From assembly GCA_000934665.2 (NCBI GenBank), contig JYFJ02003156.1, forward strand, positions 1 to 45,791: 45,791 nucleotides of DNA, read 5' to 3'. This stretch comes from Catajapyx aquilonaris (Eukaryota). Shown here piece by piece: positions 35,529 through 45,791 of the stretch. The stretch's first letter is position 1, and every line of letters begins with the position of its first letter. The notes below the pieces were generated by a model. It saw nothing but the letters and a program-made list of their open reading frames with translations. It did no database searches and was not told where the DNA came from. A program made the translations under genes and the position numbers.

Positions 35529-38527
35529 GTTTTCCTGCTGCTGATTTGCTCTCTGCCAACGCAAGCTATTATTATTGAGTTTGGTTTATCTATAAAGAGC
35601 TCGCACCATAACGCAATATAGAGGCCCATATTATTTTTTCGTATTTATAAATACCTGTAATAAGCACTGGAATAGTTAACCTGAGGAGTTTAGGATTTGT
35701 TGTTTAACATATACGTACAGTACCGGTACTCGTTTCATGGTAACTTTGCGCGGAGATTGTCGGATTTCGCAATTTTTTTTGTATAGGCCTACTTGCTTTC
35801 TTATCTTTCCAGAGTGAATTTCTCCAAATTGATGAAAGATGCCTTTCCCTGCATATAGCTCATCCAGTTGCGTCCATGCTGGGAAAGATGACTTCACATT
35901 TCTTGTTGACTTTTTTGTTGCAACTGAGCGTCTCTTAGGCGAATAAATGTCGTTGAACGCCCCTGATATAGTCTTGCATGTTGTACTTGGGGGGTGACCC
36001 CGATGGTGGCAGCCGCTGCCAGAGGTCTTTGCATGTAATTAAAGCGGTTATTGTAGCGACACTACTAAGCTCGGATTATGGAATTGTGCATCTGGCTCCT
36101 CCTAAGAGGCAAGGCCTATCGTCTTCTATACCCTCGATTCTGATTCTAATACGGCGTGGAAATTGGATTGGAGTTCTGCCATATTTGGATCGGCTAAATG
36201 CTCTGGGACTTTTGCGGGATAGACGCCAACGTACCGGATTTTGCACTCCGGGAAAGGAGAGGGAAATGTTTAGAAAAAAAAATGGCAGAAAAAAGTTTCG
36301 TCTCGGACACTCCTTGAAAAGGAATTGGACGCTGTCACGTGTTGCGACACGACGGCTTTGATCCAGATCCGGAAAGGCTGCCCGGATGATAAGTCTCACC
36401 CTTTCTTCCTGGTCCCGGACGAAAAGAAAAAAATCCGGGGTTCCATGCACCCCCGGTCCTCCCAGATTAGTTAGCTTCCTAGACACGAAGCTCACTTTAG
36501 AGGGCCAGCTGATCAATGGAGAGCAGTCCCTGGTCTGATGTGTCCCCAGATGCGTGTCCGGCCCGTTTGTAAGGACGCGGGAGGTCGTGTCCTCTACAAC
36601 CCGGAATTTTGCCGCAGCAAAGCAACTCCAGTTTCTCCATAAATCCTTAACCGGCTCCCAATGGGCGTATACCCATGAATGGAATGACCACAATAACATC
36701 ATCGGTGGCCATGAAACTGTTTTTCCTCTTGTCCTTCGCATACAGAGCGATACAATAATAACAATGTGGGATACTCATGAGGTTCGTTCCTCTTCTGCAT
36801 TGCGACTCACTTTATTTTCTCATAACGACGCTATTGATATTGAGTTTCTGGAACAGAATAAGATTTAATCATGAGAGCGCGGATTAGAGTTTCTTCCAAC
36901 TTTGTTGCTCTACATTATGTGTGCCTACATTGTGTCTCCATGAAGCTGTACATCATTACCTATTGTGTATTTTAAAAAAGAAATACTTGGTAAAATCTCT
37001 CTTCCGTTGAAGATTGACAATATTATGCAGTGGGTATGTTACCCTTAGGTATAGGATTGTATCAATGCCTGCTAAGTTTTGACGGCTTGTATTTATTTAT
37101 TGTTAATTGGATGACACCAAGAAAGTGCAGGCCAACAACAATAATGAACAGCTGTCAAAATTGTACACAGATGGATGAAATTCTGCTTACAGCAGCCTGT
37201 AGTCTACTGTATATTAACTGTAGGCCGTATTATCTCTCTCGCGAATTAAATGAAAAGAACAAAAAGTGTCTGTTGGGTTGTTGTAAAAAACGCGGTGTTT
37301 CCGATGCATGACATGGGAATTACATCATTGTGATTTCACGATAATTACGTACCAATATTTTAGTTGTGTCTAAAGCGTTGGAAGTATTGCATAACTGTTC
37401 ACTGAACCGCATAAATTCATCGTGTTTAACTATTATTATTTTTTCACTGGCGGTAGTGCATAAAACTGGCCTGATCTCCCTTATCGCTCACTTGCATAAC
37501 GATTCATTACGGTTATACCGCAGGCCTTTGTTATGGTGATGCTATTTACGGCTGATTTGTAGCAGCGCCACTGGATTATTTATCTAATAGCTGGCCACTT
37601 GTTCCATTCATTAGCTGAGAATTTAAGGTTCTAAGCCCGGGGATGTGGCTGGTGGTGCATAGTGCGTGTTAGTGTGGGATAGTGCAAGTGACACGTTCCT
37701 TTCGCCGCATGATGGCAGTGGAAATCCATAAGCATTGTCGCTTTGTGGCTGGCTGCGAGGCAGATAAAGAGTGGCCAAAGTGGGAAGTGGAGTGTGCCAG
37801 CTGATGGCTGGAGCGGCCATTGTGCTTGTGGGCCAGTGCGCATGCGCGCCCATGGGGAGCGGATAGTCGTCGACAGCAATAAGTCCCCCTCTCGAAAGAA
37901 AAGAATGATAATCTGGTAGAGATCGATTTTCCGTTTGCTCCCAAACGCCGGAAGATTATTTGCAGGAGAGGAAGTGGAGCCTTTGAGAGGAACTTCGGGA
38001 AGGGAGCCGTTAGAGCCCCGGAAAACGGCGCTCCGGAGGCAGCAGCCATCCCCTCCTCTTCTTTTGCAAATCCGATATAAGGCAGAGACTGCGGCCTCCA
38101 CCAGATCCCAAAGGAATAATGCTCTTTTCACGCCTACCTGCCTGCCTGCCAAATCACAATCCTTTGCCTTCCTCACATATACTTTTTCCCGAGTGCAAAT
38201 GCGCCCTTGCCATAATCACCCAGCCTCAGCTCACATGGGGAAGCAGACATCGTGTAGCAGATGAACAATTTCTATCATCACTATGTTCTTCTGATAATAT
38301 CATGATGCGCTGTGTGAGGACAACGGGAGTCAGAAGTGCGACATTCGTAATTAATGATATAATAATTTTTAACAATTTTCATTGTGGTAATTATCTTCTT
38401 ATATCCGGAAATGACAAAATGACTATGATTTTGTATTGTGACTTCGCCATCTGATACTGTACATTATGTCTAGGTATTCTTGCAAATTACATGCATTGGA
38501 CCTGCCATGTTGGCAGGAGAACGGCAA

Positions 38528-38820
38528 GGTGCGGTGGTGTAGTGATAATCGCCACGACTTTCCAGTTTCCACCCATGAGGTCCCGAGTTTGATCACCGGG
38601 TCTGGCAGAGGAATTACTCATGTGGAAAGAGTTTCGATGGGTTCTCCATCCCCCACTCCCCACTCTCCTAAAACCCCTCCTAATTCCACCTGTATGATGC
38701 TAGATAGATAGTGCTTCTGTCTGCCAGGCTGGCAACCATTCCTGAATCACACGCTTTGAGCAAAATGGGGTTCATGGCCAAAGATTGCTTCTTCGCTGAA
38801 TGTGCTGCGGCTGTAATAAT
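38528..38820 (+). mobile_element. Degenerate tRNA-derived SINE (possible fourth family)
   Basis: A-box-like TGGTGTAGTGAT, B-box-like GAGGTCCCGAGTTTGATCACC, ends near GTAATAAT; no TSD; right boundary uncertain. Confidence 0.45.
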
Positions 38821-39239
38821 GCATGCAACATCGGGTACAGTACCATGTCATCGATGATGAAAGTTGCATTATGACAACAGAAGTTACTGTTCCAACTAAG
38901 CGAAATTTCTATACACTATAGCCAACTATAGCCAAGGTTGCATTATAACAACAGAAGTACTACTCCTCTGAAGTTTCAAGATGCTAATTAAATTTTGAAA
39001 CACGTGTCACTCTATTGGTTAATTAGGATAATAAGTTAGTGGTAACTAGTAGCAATTAAGAGCACAGAAAATGACTATAGCCTATCATTCCATTTTTTCC
39101 TGTCATAATGAAACTTCATCCTTACGGAGTGCTTATTAGGTGCTCACTGAAGGGCTCGCAAATGAAAGTGCTTGTATTTCTAGCCCATAAGTTCTTGAAA
39201 CATGGCTTGACCCAGCAATGTAAGTGTTACGTGTTGTTG

Positions 39240-39309
39240 CTAATGTGATTGTTTGCTCTTTGCAGGTAAGCGTCGCGGCATGGTCCGAAAACGACCATTT
39301 TGCGTAAGT
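39240..39309 (+). other. Candidate recursive splice site (ratchet point) with 38-nt cryptic exon
   Basis: Branch point CTAAT (39240-44), pyrimidine tract TTGTTTGCTCTTTG, CAG|GTAAGC at 39265/39266, no AG for ~39 nt upstream, downstream donor GTAAGT at 39304-39309. Confidence 0.7.
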
Positions 39310-41974
39310 GCCCTCTCGTTATTGAACGTTCTACCCTCCCATGAGTGAGCACTTTTAACGGTGCGGATGAAATTGGCATTAAACGAGAACGTATGTGTGG
39401 CCCAGCGATGGTTAACCAGCTTAATCCACTTGTAAACAAAGATTTTATCATGTGTCACGGCGCAACTCACGGTTATGCGCCAATAAATTATTTACCACAG
39501 GTTGAGCCACATAAAAATGATGATCCGTTGTTCAGCCCCGAGTATAATGGACATAAAGCGCATTATTACAAACCGATTTAAGAGATGACGAGATTATAGC
39601 GATCGGGAAGCAGAAGGGTATATGCGCATGCGCAAGATGGCTACCCTCGCCAGTGATCTGCTGATTGACCGCATCTGGACGTGTTTAGAGGCTTGTGAAC
39701 CCTGTGTATCGGTATTATCGGAGGTGGGTACGACCCCCGGCCTCTTCGTGCACTGCGGCATGAAACTCGATTAGCGGCAAAGGAGGTCCAAGTGCAGTCT
39801 ATTTGGGCAAATAGGGAGCGCGCCAGGCCTTATTGGATTAATTCCTCCCCAGGCCGCTTTCATCAGGAGGTCACCTGCGACCGGGGACCCCGGGGTTTGA
39901 CCGGAGGCCAATCAAGACCCTGGCCCTCCCAATTAGTGTGTCTCCACTTTCGGCTAATGTCATAAGTGAGAAGCAAGACGTAAACAACTCCATTAAGGGC
40001 ATTCGCCTCGTGCCTCTCCACCGGATGAGGGGGATTCCAGCCATATTTGCTGCCAGGAACAATATGGAGGTGCTGCGGCACCATGTATGCCTAAGCGGCT
40101 GTAATTAAACTCCCAGGCCCTGACGGCATGTTTGAAATCCAATCCAAAAGTCAGGTGGAAATTGACAGCCTGCTGGGCCTAGAGTCAGGAGTTCAACTCC
40201 AGGCGTGCACTCTCTACAGTATCATTTTGAAGAAATGTCACGTAGAGCAGTGGAGAGCATGAAAACTGAATGCATTATACAGTACGAATCGCGTGCAGAC
40301 TGGTACAATCAAGTTAGTACAAGTGATCAAATGAGGACATCCAGTATTGAGTTTCTGGCGAATATCTTCTCTCTGCGCGAACCTGCTGGCATTATGCAGA
40401 GGGAACTACTTGGAAATTGAAGCCTGTGTGGGATAGTTTTGCTCATGCTGTGGCTGGATCATATCTTAGGAAGAGGACCGGGATGAAATTTATCCACACT
40501 GCTCTATTGAAACATGAAGCCGGGAGTGGTTGAGGATCAATCCTGGCTCCGAGATTTGCGAGGCTTGTCCCGGTTTGTGACGTAATAGGGTCGTCCAGCA
40601 CTGGTTTCTTTCCTTCCCTGCCCAAGTCTCTCGTGTAATTCACTTAAGTGTCTTGTAAGAGGATTGAATTTGGGAGGCTAAGGGGTTCTGCCCATCACTC
40701 ATCCCACCCCTATTTTCAACCGCCCCTCTTTAAAATTCAAGGAGAGCACCCAGGACATCTGCATCAGGCACTTTGACGTCAGCGCAATTGCACGCCACGC
40801 TGCAATTAAATCATAAGATGACGCTCTTTGATAAACAGCGGGGCGGCCATATTTATTGCACTTTTAGGGGCCGTTATCTGCAAACCGATTTCTTGTACAC
40901 TCACACGCTTTATGGTCGACTCATTGCACCTTACCCCTGTTTATATATTTGATTATATGAGCTGTTTCTGAGGAGCGGGGTGTCTTCATCGAATGGCCCC
41001 GGGTCAATAGAGCTGCGACCTCTTGAGCGATGATGTAGGTCGGTTCTCCGTGAAGGTGAAGTGCGATGACCTTTATCCGCGCTTGGCGGCAAACTTGGAG
41101 CAGATGCAGCCGACGGCCCCGCGATTCTCATTTTGGCCCCTAACGAGGGAGTTAATGCGGATGAGCGTGTTATGCCGTGGCCAACCCCCGGAGATAAGTG
41201 ACATATCTCGAGCGTAAATCCTGGAGAATGCGAAGTAAAGGGATGTTTAGGAAGCACCGAACACGTGTAGTGCGGATGGATTTCTTTTGTCCACATCCAT
41301 TATGCCGTACTTCTGCTTTTTATTGAAAGAAGGTACGGTTTTTTGTATGGAAAGTGACATGCTAATAATAATCACGCTGACATAAATGCTAAGTGATGAC
41401 GCGAAAGGCTGTGTGCCCGAGATTCACTTACAAATTTCCTCAAAGTGGTATAATTTATGTTGAGCAACATTTGTCACTAATCTTTCTGCAATAATAAATG
41501 TGGAATATTCTGCAAATCTATCCGTAATTTAAAAGGGATTAAATGCAATTAATTAACTTCGAAATGAATGAGAGGTACTTTGACATAACTTATACATGAC
41601 AGTTTATCATTCATAACGGAAAATACATCAAATTCCATCGGAATTAGCAAAATAGACATTATAGGACCCATATATCTGGGTTAAAGACATGCCAAAGTTG
41701 CATTATTCAGGATGAGTCATTTGCCGTTGTCGCGTACTGGTTCGGCCCATCAGTTGAATGGTATTGCTCTATAGAAAGATACAATCCCCACGCACGTTAA
41801 TGAATGGCGATAACATTACTGAACGACATTAATGAACCGGTATTTATTTGCTTGAATAGAATTATGAATGATCTTTTCCGAGGTCACGATTAATTAGGGC
41901 GTCAATATTTTAACTGGACATGAGAAATATAGTATAGCAGCATAGACGCAAGTTTCATGAAAAACGCACGGTTT

Positions 41975-43032
41975 GTGACAGAAGCGTAAAATTTGTCATT
42001 TTCGTTCACTAAAAATATGCTGATCAAAATGTGATGTAGTGCCACCTCGAACTGAGACCGGAAGTGGCCGCCATTTTGAAAAATGGCGGCTTAAAACCGG
42101 TTTCCTAAGCATATCTCTAAAACGCCTGATATTTTGATAAGAAGATGTATTACCAAAAATGCTCGGAATGATATACTCCATAAAAAAGGTCAGAATCATC
42201 ATTTACATAATGGCAAAACGTACGTCGCAAAACCGGGATGAATAGCGGGGTTAGGATATGGATATGGATGGCTATGTAAACATTTCATATTTTTGAATGC
42301 ATTAAATACTGTTCTTCACCAACACAACTTTATATACAGGCCTATATAACTGTCCTTTACCTCCATAAAATACTCGCTTCGTAACGTAGTACATCACCAA
42401 AAGATGGCCATTGCGACACTTTTGAATTTATTTATAATTTATTGTCTAGATTTGATACTATCCACACTACAGAGAAAAGGAAAGTGTTGTCTGGAAGAAC
42501 ATTTCGTGCTCTTTCATTTATGTGCAGTTCAATATGATGAAAACCTAGCCGTTTTCGTGATAAAAATGTTTTTGTCCAACATATCCGATTTGGCCGCCAT
42601 TTTTTCAAGATGGCGGCTTTTGGTGCGACAGGACAGTGGTAGACTTTGCGCCATCGTTTTTATCGCCATTTTTTACTATGGAATCAGTTGACACCATTTC
42701 TGTTGCAGTTAGTTCTACGTCCATCAACAATATATTTGACTGGACTATTCCTAACCCATCTATTCATCCCGGTTTTGCGACGTACGTTTAACCATTATGT
42801 ACATGATGATTCTGTCCTTTTTTATGGAGAATATCATTCCGAGCATTTTTGGTAATACATCTCGTATATCAAAATATCAGCAGTTTTAGAGATATACTTA
42901 GAAAACCGTTTTAAGCCGCCATTTTTCAAAATGGCGGCCACTTCTGGTCTCAGATCGAGGTGGCACTACACCACATTTTGATCAGCATATATTTTTAGTG
43001 AACGAAAATGACAAACTTCACGCTTCTATCAC
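41975..43032. mobile_element. Long-TIR non-autonomous DNA transposon (possibly Academ-like; superfamily uncertain)
   Basis: ~280-bp inverted arms 41975-42256 / 42749-43032, alignable throughout; true termini may lie ~30 bp further out (TAG at 41943); TSD not resolved. Confidence 0.88.
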
Positions 43033-43341
43033 TATTTGACTATTGCTGTCCTACTAATAGTGCATTGATCATGCAAAATATTGCATCTCTCTTTGTGATA
43101 ATTTTTCAGGGAGCTTTCCGATTGTAGATAGCAATTTTGATAAAACGTCATTTCGGTAAAGAAGGGGAATAAATGCAATCTGGAACTGGAGCACATGTGT
43201 AATGTATGTGCTTGAGATTTCACACGTCGACATATCCGCTATATTAGGCTGGATTAATATTACGCGCTAACTTAAATTCTTGAGCGATCTATACCTTATC
43301 CGCAAGGTTGAAGGAAGTGTGTAGGCCTATTATACAGTTCA

Positions 43342-43570
43342 GGGGGGAGGCGTGGTGGCCTGCTGTGCGTGGTGACATGCTGTGCGAAAGGTCCCGGGTC
43401 CCCGCCAGGGAGTTCCTTTTCGCCTGCGTCGGGAGGGTCTCTGACCCGCGCCTTGGAGGTTTCTGGCAACATAACCTCCTGGGGGACTGCACATGACCCA
43501 TTATTCAGACATTGCACATGCACCCATGTCTCCTACCCAAAAATTCCCATTCCTATACCCCATGTCCTTT
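43342..43570 (+). mobile_element. tRNA-derived SINE, family A copy 3 (older, B-box damaged, 3' part missing)
   Basis: Collinear similarity to the copies at 17635 and 34251 (CCTGCGTCGGGAGGGTCTCTGACC, CTGGCAAC.TAACCTCCTGGGGGAC.GCACATGACCC). Confidence 0.88.
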
Positions 43571-43737
43571 CTGGGTGGTTCCATTTCAGATCAGCCAGTG
43601 AGTGAAAAAAGGTGTCAGGTCATAGTCATCGATTTTTTTGAAAAATATATATGTGAAACCCACATCGAATTGAACTCTTATGGAACAAGCAGTTTTACCA
43701 GATTAAATTTAGTTATCGAGTTATTAATATTTATTTG

Positions 43738-45791
43738 AAGGGGTACCAAATCACAATCACGCGAAGACGCACTTTTTCCCGCTTTTTCCATTGCTTTCAA
43801 TGAGGATATCTCGGGAACTGTTCAGAGAACCAACATGAAATTTTTAACTCATGCTTTTGGAATGACACGCTGTTATGTCATGCATAAATTTACCTCATTT
43901 AATGGTACAGTCACCTGAAAAAAAATCTCCAACATTGCATATTTTGGTCAAAATTCGCATATTTCGCAATTTATTACGGCGTTATGGTAAACGTGACGGT
44001 TATGCCGATTATATTTTGTTATATACTCGGTGACCCCCTCCAGGATATGAAATAAAATCTTCGTTAGCTCCCCGTGTAGTTGAGATATGCGAGGTGAAAA
44101 TATGGCAACAAGCGAAAACATGCATATTTCAAAAATTATTTTCTCAAAAAAGCCATTTTTTAAAATTTATTTTTATTTTTTATTTTACAAGGAAAGGCAT
44201 GGTATAAAATTACCTGGTGTCAAAACCCCGAATATATTTTTTATACGTGAGATATAAATTTTTGAAAAGTCACAACTTTTGTAATTGTGCTACAATATGC
44301 ACACTTTTTAAAATAAATATTTTCTCGAAGAAGCCATTTTAAATATTTTATTTTTATTTTTTATTTTATAAGGTCGGACATGTTATAAAATTATGTAGTG
44401 TCAAAACCCGGTATATATTTCTTATACGTGAGATATAAATTTTTGTAAAGTAACAACATTCGAAATTGGGCTACAATATGCACACTTAAAATAAATGTTT
44501 TCTCGAAGAAGCCATTTTGAAAATTTAATCGTTATTTTTTGTATAACAAAGTAGCATGAGTTCGATTATAAAATTATATCAAAATTCGGTATATATTTGT
44601 ATTCATTGAGACACGGAATTTTTTTACAGTGATGATTTTTGTTTCTATGCAACAACATGCACATTTCAAAAATTAATATATGGAAAACGCCATTTTAAAT
44701 ATGCAATATTCTTTTATATTTCATAAAGGAAAGACCGGTTCTGTCGTAAAATAATATAAAAACCTGGTATAGATTCTTGATGATACAAATTTATGAAATG
44801 TGGCATTTTTGCTTTCGTTTAGTGTGTTTCAACACCCTTGGAGTTACTTCTAAAGTAATATTCGACATAAAAAATAAATGTCAACAACTAATCTGGAAAC
44901 CTTCCATAATGGTCAACAGAAGGCAAGGGGGTATTAAATGTAAAATGGACCCACTTTCGTGACCATCTTCATGAGCTATGGAATGCATGAAATTATACAT
45001 TTATATAAAACTGTAAAACTTCATGAAACCCTCCCCATTATTGTATGAGACTATGCATACATGGGACAGTGTGTGTTGGTTACACCATCGGGAAATTAAT
45101 ATGTATCCATTTTGCATTTAATTCCCCCTTGCCTTCTGTTGACCATTATGGAAGGTTTCCAGATTAGTTGTTGACATTTATTTTTTATGTCGAATATTAC
45201 TTTAGAAGTAACTGCAAGGATGTTGAAACACACCAAACGAAAGCAAAAATACCACTTTTCATAAATTTGTATCATCAAGAATCTATACCAGGTTTTTATA
45301 TTATTTTACGACAGAACCGGTCTTTCCTTTATGAAATATAAAAGAATATTGCATATTTAAAATGGCGTTTTCCATATATTAATTTTTTAAATGTGCATGT
45401 TGTTGCATAGAAACAAAAATCATCACTGTAAAAAAAATTCGTGTCTCACTGAATACAAATATATACCGAATTTTGATATAATTTTATAATCGAACTCATG
45501 CTACTTTGTTATACAAAAAATAACGATTAAATTTTCAAAATGGCTTCTTCGAGAAAATATTTATTTTAAGTGTGCATATTGTAGCCCAATTTCGAATGTT
45601 GTTACTTTACAAAAATTTATATCTCACGTATAAGAAATATATACCGGGTTTTGACACTACATAATTTTATAACATGCCCGACCTTATAAAATGAAAAATA
45701 AAAATAAAATATTTAAAATGGCTTCTTCGAGAAAATATTTATTTTAAAAAGTGTGCATATTGTAGCACAATTACAAAAGTTGTGACTTTTC
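43738..45791. mobile_element. Foldback-type DNA element with modular long inverted repeats; continues beyond the window
   Basis: Near-identical inverted arms 44264-44949 / 45106-45791 around a 156-bp spacer; arms built from ~180-bp units; left boundary inferred near GAAGGGGTACC. Confidence 0.85.
44120..44800 (+). repeat. Diverged ~180-bp tandem repeats within the foldback left arm
   Basis: ATGCA-anchored units start at 44120, 44297, 44478 and 44657 (periods 177, 181, 179), each with GCCATTTT; mirrored in the right arm. Confidence 0.88.

Noticed and set aside
35790..35940. Strong acceptor TTCTTATCTTTCCAG followed by a short open frame
   Set aside because: No adjacent donor and the peptide is unrecognisable.
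36076..36741. 221-aa minus-strand ORF
   Set aside because: No recognisable motif, overlapping frames also open, no supporting exon structure.
44777..45278. Two near-identical ~60-aa ORFs on opposite strands
   Set aside because: By-product of the foldback inverted arms.

Overview
Eukaryotic non-coding DNA, moderately AT-rich, with no recognisable intact protein-coding gene, rRNA, tRNA or CRISPR array; the short ORFs in the track look like chance frames. The repeat content (tRNA-headed SINEs, TA-flanked Tc1/mariner-type MITEs) suggests an animal, plausibly an insect (inference only). The window alternates GC-richer, transposon-poor blocks (candidate enhancers) with AT-rich tracts holding mobile elements: SINEs from several families (four copies with clear target-site duplications), several MITEs, a palindromic mariner-like relic retaining a transposase C-terminus, and a young foldback element with ~180-bp internal repeats running off the right end. 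The best functional signal is a strong candidate recursive splice site on the + strand at 39265/39266 (branch point, pyrimidine tract, CAG|GTAAGC) followed 38 nt later by GTAAGT. This suggests the window lies inside a very long + strand intron. The SINEs also show covarying RNA hairpins in their heads and a shared structured 3' tail. I do not see evidence for a wholly new biological system.
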